This document shows, in pieces, positions 48,972-58,297 of a DNA stretch of 64,000 bases. The notes under the pieces are model-generated. The model worked only from the letters and a program-made list of their open reading frames with translations, did no database searches and had not been told where the DNA came from. The stretch's first letter is position 1. Each line of letters begins with the position of its first letter. Origin of the DNA: an uncultured Alphaproteobacteria bacterium (GTDB lineage Bacteria; Pseudomonadota; Alphaproteobacteria; Rs-D84); the NCBI GenBank assembly GCA_944389185.1, contig CALXLL010000002.1, positions 96,359-160,358 of the forward strand, read 5' to 3'. A program made the translations under genes and the position numbers.

Positions 48972-51179
48972 ATGTTTCAGGTTGGTGATATATTAAAAAT
49001 CTTGATACCGAACGTCGTTAATACCGGTTATGATTATCGGTTGATTGATTCTGCGCAAATTGGCAGTTTTGTTCGTTGCAGCGTTATGAATAAGCAATAT
49101 ATAGGTGTGGTATACGGTATAGGTGATAGTAATCTGCCGCAGGAAAAAATTAAAAGCGTCATAGAAGTTTTGCCTTATGGTTTGGATGTCTCTGTTTTAC
49201 AGTGGATACAAAAGATGTCAGATTGGACTTTGATGACGCCGGGGGCGGTATTAAAGCTTATCATAAATGTCCCGGACGCTTTTTTACCTCCGCGGGTAGA
49301 GCAATTATATGCTTTTAATTTCGATGCAAAAGCCAAGATGACAGACGCAAGGCAGGCCGTAGCAGATGCTTTTTTATCAAATGATGCCGAGCCAATGTCT
49401 GTAAGCGATATTCAGAATATTTCAAAAGTAAGTAGCTCTGTAATTAGGACCATGATAAAAAATGGAATATTAGAGCCGAAAGATCAAAGGCAAAAAAACA
49501 CCGATAATTTTTTATATGATTATAAAGATTCTGGTTCTGTAAAGTTGAACGAAGAACAACAGCAAGCCGCAGACGAGATAGCTGGGGCAATATCAGATGG
49601 TGGTTTTTCGGTGTTCTTATTAGACGGGATAACCGGCAGCGGCAAGACGCAAGTTTATTTTGATTCGGCTTGGCGAGCTTATTCAAGCGGTAAGTCCGTT
49701 TTATTGATGATGCCTGAAATTGCGTTGACGGCTCAGTTCATGTCCAGATATCAGAAAAGATTTGGTGCACCACCTGTCGTATGGCACAGTAATCTAACTT
49801 CAGCCAGAAGAAGAGATATTTGGCGCGGCGTTATGAAAGGTGACATTCGTATGGTTGTCGGAACAAGAAGCGCTTTGTTTTTGCCGTGGCAAAATCTTGG
49901 TTTGATTGTCGTTGATGAAGAGCATGATTCTTCATATAAGCAGGAAGATATGGGAAATTATCATGCTCGTGATATGGCCGTTTTAAGAGCTAAAATTGCA
50001 GGTTTCCCTGTTGTTTTAGCTAGTGCTACACCGTCTGCAGAAACTTTGCTTAATGTTAAATTAGGCAAATATAAAAGGTTAGTCTTAAAGTCTAGATTTG
50101 GCGGTGCAGAACTTCCTAAAATAGAAACCATAGATATGCGATTAAATCGTCCGGAAGATTATGCTTTGCCTGATGATAAAGAAGACGCGCCTTTACGTAA
50201 AGGTGTTTTATCGCCTTTACTTTGTCAAGAAATACAAAATAAACTTGATTCAAATCAGCAAGTTATGTTGTTTATAAATAGGCGAGGTTTCGCACCGATT
50301 ATACAATGTCAAAAATGTGGTTGGGTTGCAACTTGTGACGATTGCTCTGTTGGTATGACTTATCATAAAAGATTGGGTAAACTTTTATGTCATATGTGTG
50401 GAAGGGTTGCGCCTTTACCTACAACTTGTCCGAATTGTGGCAGCGAAGTTGTAATGCGCGGAACAGGAATTGAAAAAGTTCAAGAAGAAATAAGTATTAA
50501 GTTTCCACATGCAAGAACGGCTTTGGTATCAAGTGATACTATGCTATCAAGACAAGCTTTAGAGCGCTTGGTAAATAAAATGGAACAAGGTGAAATAGAT
50601 ATAATAATAGGAACGCAGATTCTTGCCAAAGGTCACCATTTTCCCAATCTGACTTTGGTCGGTGTAGTTGATGCAGATATGGGGCTTTTTGGAACAGATT
50701 TTCGTGCGGCAGAGCATATTTTTCAGCAATTGTTTCAAGTTGCAGGTCGTGCAGGGCGCGGTGAAATACCGGGTAAAGTTCTTTTGCAAACGTATCAACC
50801 GGATAACCCGGTTTTACAAGCTATTTGCGCTGGAAATCGTGATGGTTTTATGGAAGAAGACATGAAGGGGCGTCAACTTGCAAAGATGCCTCCATTCGGT
50901 CAGTTAATAGCCGTAATAATAGAAGCCGAGAAAGAAAGCGTTTTAAAAAAATATTGTTCTGATTTATTAAATGCTGAACCTATTTTAAATGGAGCAAAAA
51001 TTATGGGACCAATTGCTGCACAGGTTTATCAAATTAGAAACTGGTATAGAATGCGTTTTTTAGTTGCCGGTGACATAAAAGCAAACTTACAACCAATAGT
51101 TAAGCATTGGTTATCAAAAGTAAAACAACCGGTAAATGTTAGAGTAAAAATAGACGTAAATCCTTTGAATTTTATGTGA
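48972..51179 (+). CDS. priA: Primosomal protein N' (replication restart helicase)
   Basis: GITGSGKTQVY, VVDEEHD, Cys4 zinc-binding insertion (CQKCGW...CDDC...CHMCG...CPNCG), and GRAGR. Confidence 0.92.
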   Translation: MFQVGDILKILIPNVVNTGYDYRLIDSAQIGSFVRCSVMNKQYIGVVYGIGDSNLPQEKIKSVIEVLPYGLDVSVLQWIQKMSDWTLMTPGAVLKLIINVPDAFLPPRVEQLYAFNFDAKAKMTDARQAVADAFLSNDAEPMSVSDIQNISKVSSSVIRTMIKNGILEPKDQRQKNTDNFLYDYKDSGSVKLNEEQQQAADEIAGAISDGGFSVFLLDGITGSGKTQVYFDSAWRAYSSGKSVLLMMPEIALTAQFMSRYQKRFGAPPVVWHSNLTSARRRDIWRGVMKGDIRMVVGTRSALFLPWQNLGLIVVDEEHDSSYKQEDMGNYHARDMAVLRAKIAGFPVVLASATPSAETLLNVKLGKYKRLVLKSRFGGAELPKIETIDMRLNRPEDYALPDDKEDAPLRKGVLSPLLCQEIQNKLDSNQQVMLFINRRGFAPIIQCQKCGWVATCDDCSVGMTYHKRLGKLLCHMCGRVAPLPTTCPNCGSEVVMRGTGIEKVQEEISIKFPHARTALVSSDTMLSRQALERLVNKMEQGEIDIIIGTQILAKGHHFPNLTLVGVVDADMGLFGTDFRAAEHIFQQLFQVAGRAGRGEIPGKVLLQTYQPDNPVLQAICAGNRDGFMEEDMKGRQLAKMPPFGQLIAVIIEAEKESVLKKYCSDLLNAEPILNGAKIMGPIAAQVYQIRNWYRMRFLVAGDIKANLQPIVKHWLSKVKQPVNVRVKIDVNPLNFM

Positions 51180-51239
51180 CACCTTGAAGAAGGGGGCTTT
51201 GTGTGCTATAATAATTACATATAACAAAAGGATGAAAAA

Positions 51240-51560
51240 ATGTTAGACTTATTTTTTGTTTTCTTATTTGTTTTTGCTGCTGCATTTATGTTTATCGCTT
51301 TTATATGCGTTCCTATCATGATTGCAGAAGCTCGCGGTATTTCGGGTGGTTCTAAATTAACCATAGCTATATTGTCTTGGTTTGGTATTTTCTTTGGGGT
51401 AACTTGGTTCGTTGCTTTGATTTTGTCTTTAGTGTTATCGGGTAATTCTTTATATTACACCGACAATATAGATAAATTAGAAAAATTGTCTAAGTTATAT
51501 AAAAGCAAAGTTATTTCTAAAGAAGAATACGAAAAAATGAAGGCAAAATTATTGCAATAA
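51240..51560 (+). CDS. Superinfection-immunity-like membrane protein with a SHOCT tail
   Basis: Two TM helices flank an AEARG loop. The C-terminal LSKLYKSKVISKEEYEKMKAKLL matches the SHOCT pattern. Confidence 0.55.
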   Translation: MLDLFFVFLFVFAAAFMFIAFICVPIMIAEARGISGGSKLTIAILSWFGIFFGVTWFVALILSLVLSGNSLYYTDNIDKLEKLSKLYKSKVISKEEYEKMKAKLLQ

Positions 51561-51584
51561 AAAAAGCTGGTTCTAACCAGCTTT

Positions 51585-51791
51585 TTATTTTTGCTTGTTC
51601 TTTCTTTTTTGAAAAAGTAAACATAAACTAACAATTACATCGCTAAAAAAACTATATTTTTCCAATAGTTCTTTTTCTTTTTGTTCTGCCAGTCTTATAT
51701 TTTCTTCACTATGATTTTTTAGGGATTTTTCTATTTCTGGATTATAATATTTTATATTATTCGTTTGAATTATATTATCATTAGATTTCAT
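51585..51791 (-). CDS. Hypothetical small protein with a C-terminal TM segment
   Basis: 68-aa ORF that starts 14 nt after the stop of the virB11-like gene. Confidence 0.35.
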   Translation of the reverse strand: MKSNDNIIQTNNIKYYNPEIEKSLKNHSEENIRLAEQKEKELLEKYSFFSDVIVSLCLLFQKRKNKQK

Positions 51792-51805
51792 TGTATAACC
51801 TCTTA

Positions 51806-52765
51806 TTACACGACTTCTGTTACTGCGCGCAAAGCACCGTCACGAGATAATTGTACCACACGAATTTTCTTTTTCATCTCTAAAATTAGGTCTGATCTGT
51901 CGTATGCGGGTTGAGTGTGTAATATTCTATCGGCAAAAGCAGAGTAAGCCGCTTCGGCACTTTCTGCGTGTATTGTTGTATAAAAATGGTCGTGACCCGT
52001 TCCCAGCATTTCCCATAAAACAGATGCGTTATCCGTAGATATTTCACCGCCAATTATAACGTCTGGCGTCATACGAACGACTAAATCTAGTAATCTTGCA
52101 TAATTAAAGTCGTTTGTCTGCTCGGTTCTTGATAAAATGAAATGAACACGGTTTTTTTGAGGAACTTTAATTTCTCTGGCATCTTCAACTGTAATTACTC
52201 TGCTGTTTTGGTCTATCAAAGTCAGCATGTGATTTAAAAATGTCGTTTTTCCGGTTGAAGTTGCCCCACTTATCAGTATAGGACTGCCGTCGTTAATAGC
52301 GGTCATAAGTCTGTCATAAGGGTCGTCTGGTCTTATATTTTCTTTCGGTTTTATTTTTAGTAATTTTTGCCCGCGTTTTAAATGGTAGTTTTCAAAGTTT
52401 ACATCGGGGACGCCGCCACCGCGAATGTTTAACGCAACGCCACCAGTCACGTCGTTTTCATCGTATTGAACATTTGGGCCGGCAATCGCCGTAAATCTGT
52501 GGTTGCCAGGTAACGTAGCATATACAACAGGCATACCATGAATTGGGTCAAACGGTCTTTCATATATATTTGCAACTGTATGAATAAGGTCGATTAAATA
52601 TTGCTTGGTTAATGTTTCAGAATTATAAGAAACCCAAGGGACTTTTGCACCGTGCAGACGCATCCATACTTCGCCTGCATGGTTTATCGCGATTTCTTCC
52701 ACAAATGAAGGCGTATAGAAGTCTTCAAGGGGTTTTAGTAAAGATTCTAATACAACGTTTGACAT
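51806..52765 (-). CDS. virB11: VirB11/TrbB-family type IV secretion ATPase
   Basis: EIAINHAGEVWM, Walker A ILISGATSTGKTTFLN, RVITVEDAREI, MTPDVIIGGEI and GHDHFYTTIHA. Confidence 0.8.
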   Translation of the reverse strand: MSNVVLESLLKPLEDFYTPSFVEEIAINHAGEVWMRLHGAKVPWVSYNSETLTKQYLIDLIHTVANIYERPFDPIHGMPVVYATLPGNHRFTAIAGPNVQYDENDVTGGVALNIRGGGVPDVNFENYHLKRGQKLLKIKPKENIRPDDPYDRLMTAINDGSPILISGATSTGKTTFLNHMLTLIDQNSRVITVEDAREIKVPQKNRVHFILSRTEQTNDFNYARLLDLVVRMTPDVIIGGEISTDNASVLWEMLGTGHDHFYTTIHAESAEAAYSAFADRILHTQPAYDRSDLILEMKKKIRVVQLSRDGALRAVTEVV

Positions 52766-52842
52766 CGTTATTTATTTTATCATAAATCGTGACTTGAATC
52801 AAAATGCTTTATTTGATAAAATGAAAAAAAAGAGAGATTGAA

Positions 52843-53406
52843 ATGAAAAAAACTTTACTTTATACCATTTCAGCGGTTTTGTTATTAAGTGCTTGTGCCA
52901 ATAATACAGATGCCCCTTATAATCAGGCGGATTTTGCACAAGGTGGGGCAGACGCACCGCTTTATAACGAAAGAACCAGCACTTTTATGCAATCAGAAAA
53001 CCAATATGCAAATATTGATTCTTATAAACCTAAAACAGCTGAAGAAAAAGAATTAAGTGATAATAAATGGAATACGGCAAGAATGGAAACGCGTTGGCAA
53101 GAATATAAAGGTGCTATGGTTCGTGTCCAGATATTGTTGGGGGATACAGATTTGCGTGAAATGCGATTAAGATTAATGCAAAGTGCTGATGGTATGGATA
53201 TAGATGGTGATGCCAGGTCTATATTGGCCAAAGTTGCAGATTATGAAATGAAAAGGGTTTGTGGAAGGAATGCGGATAGCATAGTAATGGTTTATGACAG
53301 ACCTTCTTTTGATGTTATGCGTCCGACACCTTATTTTGATTACCGCATAGAAGCAGAAGGAACGACTATGCGTGAATATGGTTTCAGATGTGTTTATAAC
53401 AATTAA
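52843..53406 (+). CDS. Hypothetical lipoprotein
   Basis: Lipobox LLSACAN. Confidence 0.45.
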   Translation: MKKTLLYTISAVLLLSACANNTDAPYNQADFAQGGADAPLYNERTSTFMQSENQYANIDSYKPKTAEEKELSDNKWNTARMETRWQEYKGAMVRVQILLGDTDLREMRLRLMQSADGMDIDGDARSILAKVADYEMKRVCGRNADSIVMVYDRPSFDVMRPTPYFDYRIEAEGTTMREYGFRCVYNN

Positions 53407-53421
53407 TTAAAAGGATTTAAG

Positions 53422-53751
53422 ATGAAAAAAATTATTCCTGTAATCGGTGTTTGTGGAGCTTTGTTTTTAACTGCGTGCGACAGTAATGCAGGGGCCGAAA
53501 TGGGGGATACTGTTGTAATAGATTTTGCTGGTTATATGGATGGCGTGCAATTTGAAGGTGGAACGGCTTCTGGGTTTCCATTGGTTTTGGGAAGCGGTCA
53601 GTTCGTGCCGGGCTTTGAAGAACAACTTGTCGGTGCAAAAGAAGGTGAAAGTCGCGATGTTAATATAACTTTCCCAGAAAATTATTATCCTGAATTAGCT
53701 GGAAAACCAGTGGTATTTAAAGTTACCGTTGTAGATATAATAGAAAAATAA
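53422..53751 (+). CDS. FKBP-type peptidyl-prolyl cis-trans isomerase lipoprotein
   Basis: Lipobox FLTACDS, plus [19 protein letters not shown]...[16 protein letters not shown]...FPENY typical of the FKBP/trigger-factor PPIase fold. Confidence 0.8.
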   Translation: MKKIIPVIGVCGALFLTACDSNAGAEMGDTVVIDFAGYMDGVQFEGGTASGFPLVLGSGQFVPGFEEQLVGAKEGESRDVNITFPENYYPELAGKPVVFKVTVVDIIEK

Positions 53752-53777
53752 CTATTTGTTAAGTTTTAAGTTTGTGG

Positions 53778-53808
53778 GTAAGAGCTCTTTTAAGAGCTCT
53801 TTTTTTCT
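53778..53808 (+). terminator. Rho-independent terminator
   Basis: Two copies of the self-complementary AAGAGCTCTT form a hairpin, followed by T7. Confidence 0.85.
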
Positions 53809-53880
53809 TGATAGTTTTTCTTATGATGTTATACTTGCTTTCGGAATGATGTAGGCGGGAAAATAAGAAGAGGTAAATAA

Positions 53881-54264
53881 ATGGTAAAAGAATTAGACGT
53901 TGTTTTCCCAAACAAATCAAAAAATATTATTTATATTGAAAACAGAAGTTTGTCTTATGACGTCAAGAAAGTCTTCTTGGAAGAAGTTTTAAGACAAATG
54001 AAGCATAATAATATATCTGATATATCAGGCTTAAAAATATCAACAGAAAATATGAAAGTTGCATTTAGCTCTGCTGGAATTGACGATTTCTGGGGGCAAA
54101 GCCATACCAAAAGTGTTTCTGCTGTTTTGGGCGAACCAGAAAGAACGATTGTAAGCATAACACCAATGAAAAGATGCTTTATTTGCAAAACTAAAAATTG
54201 TAAAGTTTGCCCTGATATAAAAATGCAAACCATTCTTAATACGATAAAAACTTTGCAGCGTTAA
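53881..54264 (+). CDS. Hypothetical protein with a CxxCx4CxxC cluster
   Basis: 127-aa ORF with CFICKTKNCKVC near the C-terminus. Its 3' end overlaps the convergent lpxI stop by 4 nt. Confidence 0.35.
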   Translation: MVKELDVVFPNKSKNIIYIENRSLSYDVKKVFLEEVLRQMKHNNISDISGLKISTENMKVAFSSAGIDDFWGQSHTKSVSAVLGEPERTIVSITPMKRCFICKTKNCKVCPDIKMQTILNTIKTLQR

Positions 54265-55082
54265 TCCAAAGCAATTATAAAAATACCAAGATTGTTAGCT
54301 TGTTTAATAACTTCGGCTTTATTTACAACAAAACATGTCTTGGTATTTACCACTATGCCTCGTAAGTTTGCTTTTGCAACGGATTTTACGGTATCTATCC
54401 CAATTGCTGGAATATCTATTCTTAAATCTTGACCCGGTTTGGTCATTTTAGCAAATACACCGCTTTTCTTTTTATTATTTTTTCGCATATCTATAACGCG
54501 TTTAAGCATATTGGCAGTTCCTTCGGCGGCTTCGACAGCTATTACTTGTTTGTCAACCACTACGGAAGCGCCGATGTCTTCTTTTCCGATTGTATGGGAT
54601 ACTTCTATTGCGCGTTCTATATCTTTTTTATCTTTTGAACTTGGTTTTATTTTTGTTTGCACGCCGGCTTTTTCAAACGTCAGTTCTGGTGCAATATCTT
54701 GCGCTGCAACAATTTCAAAACCGCCTTTTTCAAGGACTTTATTTAAAGCAACTGCCATAGAATCGTATCCTTTTTGATTTCTTAGTATTTTAATTAAAGC
54801 AAAAATAGACCATAAATCCGGTCTTAAATCTGATAAGTTAGGATGTCCCAAGGCACCCACAAATGTAAGTTTTTTTATTCCACGTCTGCGAAATTCGCGA
54901 ATTGCACGACCGCCACCGCCAAGGCGAACTACCATATCTGGTTTTATTTTTGGGTCATAAAAGTTTTTAAGACCTACAACAAAAACGTCCCAACCGTTTT
55001 TTATTAAGGCTTGCTTCGTTATCAACGGTAAATCCAGTGCGCCGGCAACCAAAGCTATTTTTTTGTTTTCTGTTTCTTTCAT
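54261..55082 (-). CDS. lpxI: UDP-2,3-diacylglucosamine pyrophosphatase LpxI
   Basis: KIALVAGALDLP N-terminus, GGGGRAIRE, and ASVVVDKQVIAVEAAEGT (LpxI/DUF1009 pattern). The start is moved to MKETENKK (cat 55080-55082). Confidence 0.7.
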   Translation of the reverse strand: MKETENKKIALVAGALDLPLITKQALIKNGWDVFVVGLKNFYDPKIKPDMVVRLGGGGRAIREFRRRGIKKLTFVGALGHPNLSDLRPDLWSIFALIKILRNQKGYDSMAVALNKVLEKGGFEIVAAQDIAPELTFEKAGVQTKIKPSSKDKKDIERAIEVSHTIGKEDIGASVVVDKQVIAVEAAEGTANMLKRVIDMRKNNKKKSGVFAKMTKPGQDLRIDIPAIGIDTVKSVAKANLRGIVVNTKTCFVVNKAEVIKQANNLGIFIIALD

Positions 55083-55171
55083 GCTTATAATGGTAAGCAT
55101 AAAAGGTGCTGGAATCAAGTTTCATTTTATGGTATTATTAAGATAATTATAATGGACTAGGTGAAAAAAAT

Positions 55172-55945
55172 ATGAAAAGACTATCATATTTATTTTTAAG
55201 CTTTTTTATATTGAATTCTATTTCTGCTTATGCTTATACGGATCAAGAAAATATTCGTTTTCGTTCGGAAATAGAAGAAGGCTTGGACGTGGTCAGTGCA
55301 AGATTAAATGTTGATATGCCAGATAATGCACCTGGGGCTTTGGGTGAAGAAGTTTATTTACAAGAAGGAAGTGCTTATAATAAAAATATAAGTGTTTTCG
55401 TGCCTACTTCTATGTATGTTCGTATGGGGGCGGGATTAAATCTGGGGTTTGCATCGGATAAAGCTTCGTTTAACGGTGAAGAACATGAAAGTTCTGGCAG
55501 TTGGAATACTCAAATTGGTTTGGGTTGGAATCTTTCATCTTATGTCAGAACAGAGATAGATTTTCAAGAGTCAACTTTCAGTTTCTCTGACTTGAACGAT
55601 ATGCAAGCAGAATATAGAACTTTGGGTGGAATGCTGTATTTTGATTTCGCCCGCAGATATATTCAATCTGGTGATATTACATATAGAAGAACTTTCGTTC
55701 CTTTTATGGGGATAGGTGCCGGGGTCGGTCAATATCAATTTAATGGCATAGGGGGGGCAGAAGGCTTTGTTATTGCAGCACCTCGTGCAGTTTTAGGATT
55801 TAATATAATGTTTAATGATTTAATTGGAATTGATATCATGTATCAATATCAGATGATGATAGGAAACGGTTTTGGTTGGAACGTTCGGTCGGGCGGTGTT
55901 GATAATATCAGTAACATTATGGCTTCAATCAGGTTTAACTTCTGA
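55172..55945 (+). CDS. Small outer-membrane beta-barrel protein
   Basis: Signal peptide, strand periodicity, C-terminal ...MASIRFNF. Confidence 0.6.
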   Translation: MKRLSYLFLSFFILNSISAYAYTDQENIRFRSEIEEGLDVVSARLNVDMPDNAPGALGEEVYLQEGSAYNKNISVFVPTSMYVRMGAGLNLGFASDKASFNGEEHESSGSWNTQIGLGWNLSSYVRTEIDFQESTFSFSDLNDMQAEYRTLGGMLYFDFARRYIQSGDITYRRTFVPFMGIGAGVGQYQFNGIGGAEGFVIAAPRAVLGFNIMFNDLIGIDIMYQYQMMIGNGFGWNVRSGGVDNISNIMASIRFNF

Positions 55946-55957
55946 TAAGGAATAAAA

Positions 55958-56599
55958 ATGAAAGTAAAAATATTATTTGTTTTATTTTGTATATTGCCTA
56001 TGACGGCGAATGCGGCAATTCCTTATCGCGTCCAACAAGATGGGGAATTGGTAAATATAGACGGTTTAGATTCTCAGGCGTTTGCAAGAGAATATCGCTT
56101 TTATATCGGCGGTGCATACGATTTTGATATTTGGCAAAACGCTGAAGATAATAACGTAGTTTTTACTGGTAACACATCTTCTTCTTTCGAAGGTGTTGCA
56201 GGTATCAGGCTATATGACACTTTCAGATTAGAAGCAAATTATATTCGTCAAAACATTAAATGGGATATTGCTTCTATGACTAATGATATGGCCATGGTTA
56301 ACGCTATATTTGATGCAAGAATAGATAATATTTATAGATTATTTAAGAAACAAAGGCTTGTCCCTTATGTTGGTTTTGGGGCTGGGTTATCTTGGAACTC
56401 TGCAGATGATATAAGTTTTGAAACAAAAATAACGCCGGCACTTAGTGCACTTGCAGGTATTTCAGTAGAACTTGGAAATAGGCTTGCAATAGATTTTGGT
56501 TATAGATACATGTATATCTTTTCACCGAAATTTAATAACGGTGCCAATATAGCACCTGTCGCGCACCAATTAAGAGCCGGTGCAAGATTTAATTTTTAA
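55958..56599 (+). CDS. Small outer-membrane beta-barrel protein (paralog-like of the previous gene)
   Basis: Signal peptide ...MTANA and C-terminal ...LRAGARFNF. Shares the PYVGFGAG / PFMGIGAG motif with the neighbouring gene. Confidence 0.6.
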   Translation: MKVKILFVLFCILPMTANAAIPYRVQQDGELVNIDGLDSQAFAREYRFYIGGAYDFDIWQNAEDNNVVFTGNTSSSFEGVAGIRLYDTFRLEANYIRQNIKWDIASMTNDMAMVNAIFDARIDNIYRLFKKQRLVPYVGFGAGLSWNSADDISFETKITPALSALAGISVELGNRLAIDFGYRYMYIFSPKFNNGANIAPVAHQLRAGARFNF

Positions 56600-56602
56600 T
56601 AA

Positions 56603-57529
56603 ATGCAAAAGTGTCCTTTTTTTAATCTTTGTGGTGGTTGCGTATATGATTTTACATCAGATACGTATCATGCAGAAAAATTGAAAATTATTTCCGATTT
56701 ACCTGTGACAGAAAAACCTATATGGACGCCGGCCGGAGAAAGAAGACGAGCCGACTTCTGTTTTTCCGGGAACAAATTCGGTTTTTTTGAAAAGCATTCT
56801 AAGAACATAGTCCAAATAACAAAGTGCCAAAATCTTACTGCGAATATAAATAATATATTGTCTTATTTATCTGATTTGAATTGGGGGTGCAGTGGCAGCT
56901 GTCTTGTGACGGACTGTAATAATGGAATTGATATATCTATAATGTCTGACGTGCCTTATTTTACCGCCGATTTTAAAAAAAACGTTCAGAATATTCCTGC
57001 TATCAGAATAACTTGGAACGGCAAAATTATAAAGCAAAGTGAAGAACCTTTCATAATGTTTGGTGACTATAAAGTATCATATCCAACCGGTGCTTTTTTA
57101 CAGCCTTGTGTTTCAAGTGAAGAGAAGATAAGAAATCTTGTAATAAAATATACGAATGGTTTTAATAAAATAGCAGATTTGTTTTGTGGACTAGGTAATT
57201 TTACGTTTGCCTTAAAAGCTGATGGTTTTGACATATCGGGCATCGGAATAAAGCGGGATTTATTTAAGAATCCGATAAGTGTTGGAATGTTAAAACAGTA
57301 TGATTGTGTTGTTATGGATCCGCCAAGATCTGGCGCTTTATCGCAGTGTAAAGAGATTATAAAAAGCGAATTAAAACGAGTCATATACGTTTCTTGTAAT
57401 CCTGATACATTTAAGCGTGACGCGACAGTTCTGGAAAACGGTGGTTATAAGTTGATTTGTTTGATACCTGTTGACCAGTTTGTAGGCAGCAGGCATTGGG
57501 AAATATTCAGCGTTTTTGATAAGAATTAA
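56603..57529 (+). CDS. RNA (uracil-5-)-methyltransferase family (RlmD/TrmA-like) with an N-terminal Fe-S Cys cluster
   Basis: CPFFNLCGGC, FCGLGNF, VVMDPPRSG and YVSCNP motifs. Confidence 0.8.
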   Translation: MQKCPFFNLCGGCVYDFTSDTYHAEKLKIISDLPVTEKPIWTPAGERRRADFCFSGNKFGFFEKHSKNIVQITKCQNLTANINNILSYLSDLNWGCSGSCLVTDCNNGIDISIMSDVPYFTADFKKNVQNIPAIRITWNGKIIKQSEEPFIMFGDYKVSYPTGAFLQPCVSSEEKIRNLVIKYTNGFNKIADLFCGLGNFTFALKADGFDISGIGIKRDLFKNPISVGMLKQYDCVVMDPPRSGALSQCKEIIKSELKRVIYVSCNPDTFKRDATVLENGGYKLICLIPVDQFVGSRHWEIFSVFDKN

Positions 57530-57540
57530 AAACATGTAAA

Positions 57541-57727
57541 TAAAAAAAAACACCGCTGTCGCCAGCGGTATTTTCGAATGCCCTAGAAAGGAAGGAAAGG
57601 AGAAAAAGAAATTGGGCATTCTAAACTTGTGTTGGGGCCCAGAGTCCAGAGGAGAGAGAATGTAGGAGGGAGTCTGAATCCCTGAACCCCAGATGCTTTC
57701 GCATCAGGTCATCGGTTTCCCTTTGAC
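57541..57727 (-). ncRNA. Candidate stand-alone small RNA with CU-rich loops (family not recognised)
   Basis: Bounded by TTGACA-N17-TACATT (57735-57763, minus) and the T9 terminator. It contains a GAUGC-GAAA-GCAUC hairpin, a GGGA-uucagac-UCCC hairpin, and a GAAUGCCC/GGGCAUUC stem closing a 30-nt loop AAUUUCUUUUUCUCCUUUCCUUCCUUUCUA. No plausible ORF. Confidence 0.5.
57542..57574. terminator. Terminator hairpin, strong in the minus orientation
   Basis: Hairpin ACCGCTG-tcgc-CAGCGGT. A9 precedes it on the plus strand (T9 tail for minus-strand transcripts), and only ATTTT follows on the plus strand. Confidence 0.8.
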
Positions 57728-57734
57728 GAATCGA

Positions 57735-57763
57735 AATGTAATACATTTTATTGCTTTTGTCAA
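57735..57763 (-). promoter_or_regulatory. Sigma70-type promoter of the candidate sRNA
   Basis: Minus strand reads TTGACA (57758-57763), a 17-nt spacer, then TACATT (57735-57740). A second TTGACA lies at 57770-57775. Confidence 0.5.
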
Positions 57764-57955
57764 GTGTTTTGTCAAAAAAAGTTTTTGTATTCTTTTTTTA
57801 TAAGCGTATATTGAGCGCTTTTGTGATAAAAATCATTTTTTGTCTTTGTTTTTTCTAGGAAATACTCCTTATTGTAATAAGTGGAACTATGGAATAAAAT
57901 CAACCATAGGTAGAATATCAGATTGATATTCTTTAGTAATAAGAGGAGAGAGAAA

Positions 57956-58201
57956 ATGACTCATGACGATATATGGCGTGCTATAGAGCGTTTCGCAACA
58001 GAGCATGGCATGACTTGTTCGGGGCTTGCAAAATGTAGTGGTTTGGATCCAACTACGTTTAATAAAAGTAAGCGCTGGTCAAAAGAAGGGCAACCAAGAT
58101 GGCCTTCTACGAATAGTATATCTAAGATTTTGTCTTCTACGGGGGCTAAAATTCAGGATTTTACTAAGTTTATAGATAATCCAAACCAAGGTCGAGATTA
58201 A
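57956..58201 (+). CDS. Small HTH (phage-repressor N-terminal-like) DNA-binding protein
   Basis: MTHDDIWRAIERFATEHGMTCSGLAKCSGLDPTTFNKSKR...RWPSTNSISKIL, the pattern of a small HTH protein as I recall it from alphaproteobacteria (from memory, not checked). GAGGAGAGAG SD. The start is moved from the TTG at 57923. Confidence 0.7.
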   Translation: MTHDDIWRAIERFATEHGMTCSGLAKCSGLDPTTFNKSKRWSKEGQPRWPSTNSISKILSSTGAKIQDFTKFIDNPNQGRD

Positions 58202-58232
58202 AATATAAGCTGTTTGTTGTTTTTTTGGATAC

Positions 58233-58260
58233 AAAGACCGTTATGCAACGGTCTTTTTTA
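58233..58260 (+). terminator. Rho-independent terminator after the HTH gene
   Basis: Hairpin AAGACCGTT-atgc-AACGGTCTT followed by a T run. It lies inside the 5' extension of the track ORF 58214..58717. Confidence 0.85.
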
Positions 58261-58297
58261 TATAGACAATTTGTTATCCTTTTATTATCCTAAAATT

